The position numbers were made by a program, and so were the translations under genes. The notes under the pieces were generated by a model that saw only the letters and a program-made list of their open reading frames with translations, was not told the origin of the DNA and made no database searches. Shown here in pieces: positions 18,103 to 26,455 of a stretch of DNA of 34,227 bases. How positions within the stretch are numbered: position 1 is the stretch's first letter; each line of letters begins with the position of its first letter. The stretch is from positions 1 to 34,227 of IMG/VR virus record IMGVR_UViG_3300044676_001658. One strand, 5' to 3'. The stretch comes from a virus (lineage: Duplodnaviria > Caudoviricetes).

Positions 18103-19636
18103 TTGCCGTTAGTTGTTTAAACTGTTTGCTGAATTGACTGTTGCGCGTGATGCTCCGCACCTCGCCAGCGCCAAGCATCAAATAGCCAAACGCATCGCCA
18201 ACGTGTGAGTGTTCATTTTTATTGGGCGCATCGCGGAACCGTTCATACCCGGCACCAACCGCAACGCGCTTAAAATGATAGCCGCCAGCCAGCGATTTGC
18301 GGGTGCGGGTGCATTTGCTGTTGACCACCAGCCCGGCCTTGCCGTCAATCATCCTGTTCATCGGCATTGCCCCGGCCTCGCGCCGCACCTTAAAGTCGTT
18401 GGTGCTAGTGGGCCGGGCATGTAGGCCCATAGTCTTTAAATGCTCAAACGCCGTCACCTCAAATATCTCATCGCGCTTGACGCCAGCCGGGTCACCCCAA
18501 ACCAATACGTCAGACTTTGGGAACATCGTTTGAATATCAGCCAGCAAGTGATGGCAGAACCGCTCAAGCCCCATATCAAACGCCACCAACTCATGTACGA
18601 CATTCCAGCGCCCGTTCTGCATTTTCTGCCCAAACACCGCCGCCGGGGTCAAACCAAAGTCAAGCCCGATATGCACGGGCCAGCCGGGTTCTATCTCGAC
18701 ATCGCCGGACATAACGCTGTCGCTATACTCAGGCCAGACGGGCTTGCCGTCCTGAACGTAAACGTACTGCGCCCCAGCGTAGCATTGTATCCAGTCAAGC
18801 GTTTTTCCGGCCAACTGCTGTTCGTAGTATCCGACTGGCAGGTTGTTGATGTTCTCAGCCTTGGGGTTGTTGATCCAATGCTTGCCAGCCGCAAAGATAT
18901 TGTCCTCATGTTCGGCAGTACCCTCAATGACGCCGCCGGGCTGTTTGTAAAATTTCCACGGGTACTTGCCCCTAATCGGGTTTTTCTCCGCTAAGTTCGG
19001 CCACCAGTGGTCACTGTCCATCGGGTTGGTTGACATCCACACGCCGCGCCAAGTGCAACCAGCATTGGCCTTGGTGGGGTAACGTCCGACACGCGAGGTC
19101 AGGCCGTCAACCACCGCCTTTGGCAGTTCACGCGCTTCGTCTATGAAACCCCCTGTCAGTTCAAGACTGAGCAACTTTCTAACGTCCCGTGGCTGATCCA
19201 ACGCCAGAAATATCACCTCGCAGTCAATGCCAGCGGCACCGTCTCTAGGCGGCAGTTTTATGTGGTGCGTGATCGGCGGTGACCAGCGCATCGGCCCCCA
19301 CACGTTTTCCGGGAAGATCTCTTGCCACGTTTTTATCGTGGTAGTCCTCAGTTCCGGGTAGCTGTTTCGGATAACTGCAAATCGAGTATATCTGATCCCA
19401 TCTATCGGCGAAGGTTCCTGCTTCACAGCCCTCAACATCACTTCGGCTAACGAAGCAAATGTCTTGCCAGAGCCGACTGGCCCCATCAAGCCACGCACAA
19501 AGCTGTCGTCTTGTAAAAATTGCCATACGGTTGGACTTTGCGAAAAATTAAGGTTAAGGCCAGCAAGCGCCTCAGTCGTTGGCTGTTTCCTGCGCCGGGG
19601 TGATCTGTCGCTGGCCGCTCTCGCTCTAGCCATCAA
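18080..19636 (-). CDS. terL: Terminase large subunit
   Basis: Walker A GPVGSGKT, Walker B GFIDEARE, motif III STNP, nuclease IGLDFG...SHVGDAFGY. Confidence 0.96.
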   Translation of the reverse strand: MMARARAASDRSPRRRKQPTTEALAGLNLNFSQSPTVWQFLQDDSFVRGLMGPVGSGKTFASLAEVMLRAVKQEPSPIDGIRYTRFAVIRNSYPELRTTTIKTWQEIFPENVWGPMRWSPPITHHIKLPPRDGAAGIDCEVIFLALDQPRDVRKLLSLELTGGFIDEARELPKAVVDGLTSRVGRYPTKANAGCTWRGVWMSTNPMDSDHWWPNLAEKNPIRGKYPWKFYKQPGGVIEGTAEHEDNIFAAGKHWINNPKAENINNLPVGYYEQQLAGKTLDWIQCYAGAQYVYVQDGKPVWPEYSDSVMSGDVEIEPGWPVHIGLDFGLTPAAVFGQKMQNGRWNVVHELVAFDMGLERFCHHLLADIQTMFPKSDVLVWGDPAGVKRDEIFEVTAFEHLKTMGLHARPTSTNDFKVRREAGAMPMNRMIDGKAGLVVNSKCTRTRKSLAGGYHFKRVAVGAGYERFRDAPNKNEHSHVGDAFGYLMLGAGEVRSITRNSQFSKQFKQLTANADFSIF

Positions 19637-19857
19637 TCGTTCTCCGGGCTGAAAATGATAGTCGCAACATTCTGAAAGTCACTGCTGTTTAGTTCTAACA
19701 TAGCGCCGCCACAATGTGTACAGACAACTTTCTCACTGCGATCCATTACCCGGCCCCGTGTGTCCTTGCCGCAATAGCCGCATATGACCTCATCATAGAA
19801 GAACCTGACCGAATAATAATCTTTAAAATTTAGAACGTCAGCCGTCATCGCCGTCAA
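19633..19857 (-). CDS. Small zinc-ribbon protein
   Basis: CGYC...CTHC; overlaps terS and is ATGA-coupled to terL. Confidence 0.65.
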   Translation of the reverse strand: MTAMTADVLNFKDYYSVRFFYDEVICGYCGKDTRGRVMDRSEKVVCTHCGGAMLELNSSDFQNVATIIFSPEND

Positions 19858-20239
19858 TCTCCACTATGCTGGTTGTCGGCCCCGTAATGTTGATGCCGAT
19901 CATGCTGGGTTTCATGTTGTCGCTGTTTGGCTCCAACAAGCCGCGATGCTTCGCCAGTAGGCGCAACGCCGACAGCTTGTCGTGCATCTCAACCTCAATC
20001 TGATTGCCAAACTGATTGGGCGTGACCTTGACTTTCTTGACGGCGCGTTTGGCGCGATCCGATAGCTGGTCACTTGGCGTCAGTGTCACGCGGCCCATAT
20101 CGTCCCACTGAATAACGTCAGTGGCCTCGCCAGCGCCAATGGCCTCTAACTCTTGCACAACCGCTTCGCGCCTCGCCTCATCGCTAGAGGCCAGTGCGGC
20201 GCGTTGCTGTCTAATCGTTGGCGATTTGCTGTCTGACAT
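19838..20239 (-). CDS. terS: Terminase small subunit (probable; start at MSDSK preferred)
   Basis: VVQELEAIG...KKVKV......IEVEMHDKLSALRLLAKHRG is typical of the C-terminal part of small terminase subunits; lies upstream of terL; GGAG upstream of the ATG at 20239. Confidence 0.75.
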   Translation of the reverse strand: MSDSKSPTIRQQRAALASSDEARREAVVQELEAIGAGEATDVIQWDDMGRVTLTPSDQLSDRAKRAVKKVKVTPNQFGNQIEVEMHDKLSALRLLAKHRGLLEPNSDNMKPSMIGINITGPTTSIVEIDGDDG

Positions 20240-20492
20240 GCAGGCACTCCGATCCTGTTGCGGCATAGCCAGCCAGATCCACCCAGCTATCCTGATGATC
20301 CGGCGTTGCCGATAGCCGGGCTAGTTTGACCCCGGCCATCATCATCGCCACATGTTCTGGCTGAAACTCAATGCCAACCAGCGCCGTCCAAATGACGGCG
20401 ATGCGTTCATGATTGTCCCATATGCTACCATACTGTTCGCCGCGATCAGCTACGGTTTCTTTTGCGGCATCTAATAATTCATTGCGGTTCAT
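20211..20492 (-). CDS. DUF6378-like phage protein
   Basis: LLD.A...V.DRG.QYG....NH.RIA.IW......VA.MM...KLAR.......DSWVDLAGYAA motif. Confidence 0.8.
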   Translation of the reverse strand: MNRNELLDAAKETVADRGEQYGSIWDNHERIAVIWTALVGIEFQPEHVAMMMAGVKLARLSATPDHQDSWVDLAGYAATGSECLHVRQQIAND

Positions 20493-20662
20493 TCGCTTTC
20501 ACCCTTTACATCAACAATAACCAGTTCGCAGGCGCAACACTTGTATTTAACTTTATGCGCCCATTCGCGTATCAATTCAATTGTGCATCGGCACCGGGGG
20601 CATTGGCTGTTGTTTAGCCGCCGCTGAAATGTGCCATCGCCCTCATAAATGTGATCGTTCAT
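20489..20662 (-). CDS. Unannotated 57-aa zinc-ribbon protein
   Basis: MNDHIYEGDGTFQRRLNNSQCPRCRCTIELIREWAHKVKYKCCACELVIVDVKGESE*. ATGA overlaps at both ends. Confidence 0.75.
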   Translation of the reverse strand: MNDHIYEGDGTFQRRLNNSQCPRCRCTIELIREWAHKVKYKCCACELVIVDVKGESE

Positions 20663-20907
20663 CGGAACACTCCCTCGCCATTACAACGATAACACAACGT
20701 CCATTCGATGCAACCATAGCCGTCCGGCTGTGTGATCCAGCCGTCATCGCAATGGGTGCAGGGAATTGGACGAAAATTTTGTGTGACACCCCCTATCGAT
20801 AGATGAGAGGGGCGGGGGGCAAGGGGTGCCTCTGCGGTTTTGCGGCCAGCGTCAGCGCCCTGCCCGTGTTCACAAGCATATGTCGGTTTGTTTGTTACAC
20901 GCATCAC
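20659..20907 (-). CDS. Small protein with a DnaJ-like CxxCxxxG zinc finger
   Basis: CTHCDDGW...CYRCNGEG; ATGA-coupled at both ends. Confidence 0.6.
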   Translation of the reverse strand: MMRVTNKPTYACEHGQGADAGRKTAEAPLAPRPSHLSIGGVTQNFRPIPCTHCDDGWITQPDGYGCIEWTLCYRCNGEGVFR

Positions 20908-21602
20908 AGCATACCCTGCGCTACGTCATAGAGTGACGGCACCCCGGCCCTGCGCTCAATGGCTGTGTCGCATGTATTCAGCGTGGCGGCGCGTACATCA
21001 GCCGCGCTGTACCCAGCGTTAGCCAGCCGCCGGGCGTGTGCTATCTCATTCGCGTACAGCCGCACCTGCCCGGTTGCCTGTTGCACGGCGCGGATGTAGG
21101 CATTGCAGATTTCATCGGATGTTAACTGATTTTCGGTTAACAAAGCCGACCCAGCAGACGGCTGATGGGGCGTGTGAGAGAGTGAATGTCCATCCCCCAT
21201 ACCCCCTATGTCTTTTGTGGTTACGTCATCATCGTCATCACGCACCTGCAATGGCGTAGCAATGTGTATATCTTCGTATGTTGGCAGTGGCTCATCACCA
21301 TCCCACAGCACTTGATACCTGTTGCTCTTCCATCCGCTGGCCGTCTCTTGGTAATCTTTGGGCGATAGCTGGCGCACATACTTGCGGCGCTTCAGTATCT
21401 TCATTGCGTTGTGTATCGTCACACGCTCCGCATAGCCTGTCATCTGGCACATAGTTTCCATTGCAGGCCAGCACACACCAGCCCGGTTAGCGAACACGCA
21501 CAGCGCACCAAGCACCCGCAGTTCGCGTTCTTTTAACTCACGGTCACCGACTGCCCGTGCAGGCAACACTGACCACTTACGACTAAAAGGGGATTTCATC
21601 AT
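20904..21602 (-). CDS. Winged-HTH protein, replication-initiator-like (HTH_36-type N-terminus)
   Basis: ELRVLGALCVFANRAGVCWPAMETMCQMTG....TIHNAMKILKRRKYV......SNRY.V pattern. Confidence 0.7.
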   Translation of the reverse strand: MMKSPFSRKWSVLPARAVGDRELKERELRVLGALCVFANRAGVCWPAMETMCQMTGYAERVTIHNAMKILKRRKYVRQLSPKDYQETASGWKSNRYQVLWDGDEPLPTYEDIHIATPLQVRDDDDDVTTKDIGGMGDGHSLSHTPHQPSAGSALLTENQLTSDEICNAYIRAVQQATGQVRLYANEIAHARRLANAGYSAADVRAATLNTCDTAIERRAGVPSLYDVAQGML

Positions 21603-22146
21603 TAAGATCCTTTGCTGTTTGCGTCTTGATGCTTTCGACTGCCGCGCCGGGAAACATTGCCTTTGCTGTTTCGGTCAACACACCAGCTTTAGTCTTTTGC
21701 CATTCGTCAATGATCGTGGCTATCTCGCCAATGCTGTAGACTGACATATCACGATTGTCAGCGGCCACCTTGCCAGCCTCGTATTCATCGCGTGTCACCG
21801 CCAGCACCTTGCCGCTTGGCATTGGCGCTTCCCAATATTCCCCTGTCAGTGGCTTATGCCCTGCCGCTATGGCCGCATTCACCATTGCTTCGACACCGCG
21901 CAAAGTGACTTCACACTGATGCTCGACATCCTGCATCTTATCTATTGCCGCATTCAGCTTATCCATTTGTGCTTCAAACCTACCTCGCAGTGCCTCATCA
22001 CACAGCCAAGGTAAACGATCCACACCCCATTCGGCTTCGACTGCCCTGACCTTTCTGTCGTAGTCAAACAGCGCATCCTGCTGACGGCGCATCGCGCCCT
22101 CACTAGGCGCATAGTGTTGTTTAGTTGGTTTCCTAATTCTTGCCAT
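21583..22146 (-). CDS. Hypothetical replication-module protein with an SSB-like acidic C-terminal tip (DLNDEIPF)
   Basis: 187-aa ORF with an AGGTGA RBS, downstream of the primase-helicase. Confidence 0.65.
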   Translation of the reverse strand: MARIRKPTKQHYAPSEGAMRRQQDALFDYDRKVRAVEAEWGVDRLPWLCDEALRGRFEAQMDKLNAAIDKMQDVEHQCEVTLRGVEAMVNAAIAAGHKPLTGEYWEAPMPSGKVLAVTRDEYEAGKVAADNRDMSVYSIGEIATIIDEWQKTKAGVLTETAKAMFPGAAVESIKTQTAKDLNDEIPF

Positions 22147-22170
22147 TACCTATCACCTACATGCCGGGAC

Positions 22171-22272
22171 TATGAGAAAGAGATCCCCTATAGTGGGGAT
22201 CTCATCTCCGTCATATCCGGTCACCTGTACGGTTAGTATGAGATTGCTATGAGATTTACCATTTCTCATCTC
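22171..22272. repeat. Origin-like cluster: five ATGAGA/TCTCAT repeats around a GAGATCCCC-TATAGT-GGGGATCTC palindrome
   Basis: TATGAGA at 22171, 22237 and 22248; TCTCATCTC at 22200 and 22264; 9-bp inverted repeat at 22180-22203. Confidence 0.65.
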
Positions 22273-24083
22273 ACATTCTCGCCTAACTCATTGTTAACCC
22301 ACACTTTGCCGCCGTCATTGACGACAACGCCCTTCAATTGTAGTGCCGCACGGTCATCTGAGCGCTTTCTTGACGTTAAATCGGGGCATTTTTGTTTGTG
22401 CAATTCCTGCCAACGATCCATCGCCATCTGCTGTACTGACATATCAATCAGCCCGTTTTGTAGCGCCTGTAGCGCCAGCAACTGACCAGCAGTTAGTTTG
22501 GCACCGCGTTTCTTTTCTGCCGCCTCAACGGGCAATAGAACCGCACTGCTGTCATCAATCAGCGCCACTGGCGTCAACTCATACTGGCTATCAGCGATTG
22601 GCTCCGCGTCTTTTTGCTTTTCCATTTTCAGTGTGACCCGGCCCTCACTGCTCGACAAAGCCAACACACTGTCTGACAGACCCATCAGCGAACTACTGCC
22701 CCTCATGCCTCTGGCGGCGTCCTTGCCAGAGTGATGCACGGCCAGCACGGCACAGTCAGCGTGTCGCTGTATGACGCCGCACATCTCACCAAACTGGCCC
22801 ATAGCCGTTGCGTCATTCTCATCTGACCCAGTTGACGCTAGTGTCCGGGCCACCGTGTCAATCACAATCATGCTAAAGTCCTGCTTGAAATTGTCGATTG
22901 TGCGTAACAGCTTTTCTAAGTCAGGCGGGTCTAACAGCTTGACCGCCATTGGCAACACATAGAATGGCGTGTTGCCGTGCGTATCATTGTGTGACTGCCA
23001 CGCCTTGATCCGCTTGCCCAGACCGCCAACGCCCTCTGCCGCGATGTAAAGCACGGCACCCTGCCTTGTGGCCCGGCTGTGCCACTGCCGCCCATACGCC
23101 ACTGACAGCGCCCAGTCGATTGACAAGAACGACTTACCAATGCCCGGCGCACCGTACAGCACAGAGAAACCGTGCTTGGTTAGGATGCCATCAACCAGCC
23201 ACTCGACTGGCGGCATGTTGCGTAAATAGTCAATGTCGTAGGTTTCAAAGACGTCCGGCTTGTCAACTGGCTCTGCCTTGTCCGGCTCAACCTCAATGGC
23301 GGGTGTCTCTTTGACCAATGCCATCAATTCAGACGGGCTGTGGTCATTCAGCCAGTCGAATACGTCTTGCTTGTCAGTCAGCCCCGGCAGGCTGACGCGC
23401 TTGAGGCGCTTCGCTACCGGGTATAGCTGACTGACCACCACATCAGCGTGTGCCTGCCCGGCCTCATCGGCATCAGGTATGACAATGACATTACGATCAG
23501 CGAAATACTGATTGATGTCTGGTTTCCAATTCTTTGCGCCGCCGTGGTTTGTGGTGGCGACTACACCCAATTGGTTCAGCCTGTCGGCACACTTCTCACC
23601 CTCAACCACAAACACTGGCGCGTCTGGGTTCTGGATCATGCCGACTAGGTTATATGGCACCGGGGTGACGCCATCCATATTATACAGCCAGCCACCCTTG
23701 CCGTCCGGGCGGCGCTGTCTGAACGATTTGGGTTCAAATCTTTGCACTTGAAACAGCAAATCACCGTCAGGCCCGTAGTAACTGTATTCACGGGCCAGAT
23801 ACTTTGCCGGGGTCAGCGTCTGCTGTACCCGCTTGGCTATGCCAAATTTCTTTTCCAATACGTCTGGGATATTGCCGTTTATACTGGCTGGCTCAAACAT
23901 ACGAACCAAATCCACAACGCCGCCACCCACGCCGTTTTCATGATCAAACCAAGTGCCGCGCTTGCTCACACTAAATGAGCCGTGTGTCCCCCAGCGTAAT
24001 TCATTCCCCTTTGACAGCTTGGCATTCGGCTCCCCAAGGTAATGCCTAGCAACCTGCTCAATATATGCCGATATATTCGTCAT
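22266..24083 (-). CDS. Toprim primase / RepA-like (AAA_25) helicase fusion
   Basis: Toprim VEGEK...IPDADEAG; helicase Walker A GAPGIGKS, YIAAEG, Walker B IVIDT, VHHSGKD, MRGSS. Confidence 0.92.
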   Translation of the reverse strand: MTNISAYIEQVARHYLGEPNAKLSKGNELRWGTHGSFSVSKRGTWFDHENGVGGGVVDLVRMFEPASINGNIPDVLEKKFGIAKRVQQTLTPAKYLAREYSYYGPDGDLLFQVQRFEPKSFRQRRPDGKGGWLYNMDGVTPVPYNLVGMIQNPDAPVFVVEGEKCADRLNQLGVVATTNHGGAKNWKPDINQYFADRNVIVIPDADEAGQAHADVVVSQLYPVAKRLKRVSLPGLTDKQDVFDWLNDHSPSELMALVKETPAIEVEPDKAEPVDKPDVFETYDIDYLRNMPPVEWLVDGILTKHGFSVLYGAPGIGKSFLSIDWALSVAYGRQWHSRATRQGAVLYIAAEGVGGLGKRIKAWQSHNDTHGNTPFYVLPMAVKLLDPPDLEKLLRTIDNFKQDFSMIVIDTVARTLASTGSDENDATAMGQFGEMCGVIQRHADCAVLAVHHSGKDAARGMRGSSSLMGLSDSVLALSSSEGRVTLKMEKQKDAEPIADSQYELTPVALIDDSSAVLLPVEAAEKKRGAKLTAGQLLALQALQNGLIDMSVQQMAMDRWQELHKQKCPDLTSRKRSDDRAALQLKGVVVNDGGKVWVNNELGENVR

Positions 24084-24115
24084 CTTATTACCTCACCCCC
24101 TATCACCCAAAAGAC

Positions 24116-24152
24116 GCGCCCGGCGGGGAAGGGAGGAAACCCCGCCGGACGC
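24116..24152 (-). promoter_or_regulatory. Stable hairpin with an anti-Shine-Dalgarno-like loop upstream of the primase-helicase (terminator/attenuator)
   Basis: Minus strand CCGGCGGGG-TTTCCTCCCTT-CCCCGCCGG, followed by GCGCGTCTTTT. Confidence 0.55.
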
Positions 24153-24158
24153 TACCCG

Positions 24159-24788
24159 CTAGAACAGATCTGCGCCTGCACTGCTGGGTGAGGCAGGCGG
24201 CGCTGTAACTGCCTGCACGGGTTCTGCTGGCGCTGATGCGCCTTGGTTCATGCCCTCTGGCCGTTCAATCCAGCCAGAGATTGACCACTTGGGTGAACGA
24301 AACGTCTGTGTGCCTTGGGCCTTTGTTTCGATCTGGATACGGTCTGAGCCAGTGATTTCAACTACTGGCAGTTTGCCGGGGTTGTCAGCTTTCCCGGCAA
24401 GAAACGCATCATGCAGGTCATTCATCTGATTGCGTACAATCTTTGATGATGATGACATCTCGCGCAAACCGATCTCTTTGTTGTAGAGCCGGATGCGGAA
24501 GCCCTCTTTGTGGTCAGGCGATGGCTGTTGCGGCATTGGCTCACCAACCTGCACCATCCGAAAGTCAGGCCCACTTGTGGTAAACGCAATGAAGCCAACC
24601 TCAATCGCATCCATATCCATCACCACTTTGATGGGTGTTTCCATTTCAGTCTCAGACTTTTCCCAAGTGCCATCCGGCGCTTGATGCCGATCCTGCCGCA
24701 CAAAAGACCCATCCTTTGCGCTGTACTTTACAATCGGCAGGAAATCCCCGCCACCCGAACTGCTAGTCTCTGTAAAACCTAAAGCCAT
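24159..24788 (-). CDS. Putative single-stranded DNA-binding protein
   Basis: Beta-rich core, Pro/Ala linker and acidic-aromatic tip (GADLF). Strong GGAG RBS, directly upstream of the primase-helicase. Confidence 0.6.
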   Translation of the reverse strand: MALGFTETSSSGGGDFLPIVKYSAKDGSFVRQDRHQAPDGTWEKSETEMETPIKVVMDMDAIEVGFIAFTTSGPDFRMVQVGEPMPQQPSPDHKEGFRIRLYNKEIGLREMSSSSKIVRNQMNDLHDAFLAGKADNPGKLPVVEITGSDRIQIETKAQGTQTFRSPKWSISGWIERPEGMNQGASAPAEPVQAVTAPPASPSSAGADLF

Positions 24789-24838
24789 TTCATTTCTCCA
24801 TTCAACTTTAGAACAATGTTTGGCCCAACCGGGCCGCT

Positions 24839-25342
24839 CTATTTACTGACACGCTTTGCGGTCAGCAAATCCTTTAGCCCCTCAACGGGGTTTAATTTAT
24901 CATTTGGCACAAAGTAACACGGCCTGCCAGTAAACGTCTGCCAATGCTCCGGGCGCTTACCCTCATGCCCATAGCACCACCCAATAAGCCTCACCTCAGT
25001 TGGGTCATGTACAATTGCGCCAACAAATATTTTGTTGTCATCGTCAGCCTGATGCAGAATGAGGTTGTGATTTAATTGCGTCCGGGTTCTAACGTCAACA
25101 CCATTATCACCACCAACGTCTGTGACGCCGTGTTGGCCTACGTTGCCCATCCAAAATAAATCTAGCGCCTTTGCGACTGCCATTTCACCAAGCACACCAG
25201 TCGCGGCGATGCCCAATGCCCCGCCAAAATCTTTGACAGCGCCATACCTAGCCTGTCTGCCCTGCATCCAGTTTTGCACCTGCATCTGCCCGGCGATATG
25301 AATGCCCAGCAATATCTCAGAGTAAGTAAGGTTAACCAACAT
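24839..25342 (-). CDS. Hypothetical protein, possibly PD-(D/E)xK-like fold
   Basis: GVLGEMAVAK...DVGG...VDVRTR pattern. The start at MLVNL overlaps the resolvase stop. Confidence 0.5.
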   Translation of the reverse strand: MLVNLTYSEILLGIHIAGQMQVQNWMQGRQARYGAVKDFGGALGIAATGVLGEMAVAKALDLFWMGNVGQHGVTDVGGDNGVDVRTRTQLNHNLILHQADDDNKIFVGAIVHDPTEVRLIGWCYGHEGKRPEHWQTFTGRPCYFVPNDKLNPVEGLKDLLTAKRVSK

Positions 25343-25769
25343 CAGCCAAATGTTCCCGCACAATCATCATCGCCGTCATCGTGTCGCACTCAACAGCGTA
25401 GCGCCAGTCGTACTGCTCTGTCAGATCCCCGGCTGGCACAAAGTCCGACATGCCCACGATAGCCGCAACCGGGAAACGCCAGCGGATCGGCAAGCGGTCA
25501 TATTTGTAGACCAGCAATGGTAGTTTGTTGGTTGCCATCGCACTGTCGCACGTCTGCACCCACCATTGAGGGTTTATGCCATAGCCTGCCCGGTAGCGCT
25601 TCGCCTCAATGCTGAATGGAAAGTCAGGCATATCGACACAGATCAGATCACCGTGATCGGCTTCGCGGTACTGCTCAATATCGCGCTTGAACGTCAGGCC
25701 CAGTTCATCCAACAGGATTTTTGCCAAGTCCCGCTCAAATGCCGCGCCCTTGTTGCGCCCGTTAACCAT
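25332..25769 (-). CDS. Holliday junction resolvase (Hjc-like PD-(D/E)xK)
   Basis: NGRNKGAAFERDLAK...GDL...FSIEAKRY...WW.Q....A....PLLVYKYDR. Start re-assigned to the ATG at 25769. Confidence 0.8.
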   Translation of the reverse strand: MVNGRNKGAAFERDLAKILLDELGLTFKRDIEQYREADHGDLICVDMPDFPFSIEAKRYRAGYGINPQWWVQTCDSAMATNKLPLLVYKYDRLPIRWRFPVAAIVGMSDFVPAGDLTEQYDWRYAVECDTMTAMMIVREHLADVG

Positions 25770-25962
25770 CGCGTCTGATCCCGCGCAATGCACCAGCCGC
25801 ATCAAACGCTGGCTTTTCTGCCAGCATTTTATCCAGCGCCTGATCCAGAATATCATCGGCCAAAGCCGCCATAGATCGGTGCGCCGACACGTCAAGCGCG
25901 GCCCGTAGCTTGTCCATTGTCGTGTTTCGCAGTCTAAAGTGCGCCTGTGTCGTGGTTGCCAT
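25762..25962 (-). CDS. Ribbon-helix-helix (Arc/CopG-like) DNA-binding regulator
   Basis: QAHFRLRNTTMDKLRAA......SMAALADDILDQAL beta-helix-helix pattern. First gene of the leftward operon, AAGGA RBS. Confidence 0.65.
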   Translation of the reverse strand: MATTTQAHFRLRNTTMDKLRAALDVSAHRSMAALADDILDQALDKMLAEKPAFDAAGALRGIRRDG

Positions 25963-26039
25963 AACTTTTATTTTCCTTTAGTTTCAACGAGTTGCGGCCC
26001 AGGGGACGCTGATTTGTACAAAAACATACACAACCCCCC

Positions 26040-26070
26040 TTGTACCAGAATGGTAGAAGGTGTATATAAT
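26040..26070 (+). promoter_or_regulatory. Putative rightward promoter with an internal operator palindrome
   Basis: TTGTAC at 26040, TATATAAT at 26063-26070, TACCA-GAA-TGGTA at 26043-26055; lies in the divergence gap. Confidence 0.55.
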
Positions 26071-26102
26071 CATTATTGCCACCAAACAAAGGGAGTTACG
26101 AA

Positions 26103-26426
26103 ATGGCTAAAGAAACAAAAATCGACAGAGAATGCACTTTCAGACTTTATACGATGTATGTGCATGATGCCGCTGTTGCGAATGAGGTTGGCTTTCATGA
26201 CAAGGCAAACAGATATTATTGGATGGCGGCACGGTACGCTAGGCAATTAGGCTTTACCGTGCCGGGCCGGGTTTTGTACGGTGCAAACATAGAACAGCAA
26301 AAAATTGATGCAGAAAAAGAGGCGGCTGAAATTGTAGACAATTTTTGGGTCAGCCAAGAACAAGAAGATTACGATCATGATCGTGATATGGAAGGTTGGG
26401 ATTTTGCAAACGGGGTGCGGGCCTAA
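26103..26426 (+). CDS. Hypothetical early protein (107 aa, acidic C-terminus)
   Basis: AAGGGAG RBS before the ATG at 26103; followed by a GC hairpin. Confidence 0.7.
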   Translation: MAKETKIDRECTFRLYTMYVHDAAVANEVGFHDKANRYYWMAARYARQLGFTVPGRVLYGANIEQQKIDAEKEAAEIVDNFWVSQEQEDYDHDRDMEGWDFANGVRA

Positions 26427-26455
26427 CGGCCCCGCCCTAATCAAGGGAGACTAAA

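Noticed and set aside
25770-25895. N-terminal extension of the Holliday junction resolvase as given in the ORF track
   Set aside because: It overlaps the RHH gene. The conserved motif begins at MVNGRNKG (ATG 25769).
120-25908. Numerous + strand ORFs in the track (e.g. 4176-4643, 15141-15701, 18440-18994)
   Set aside because: They are antisense shadows of well-supported minus-strand genes, with no recognisable motifs.
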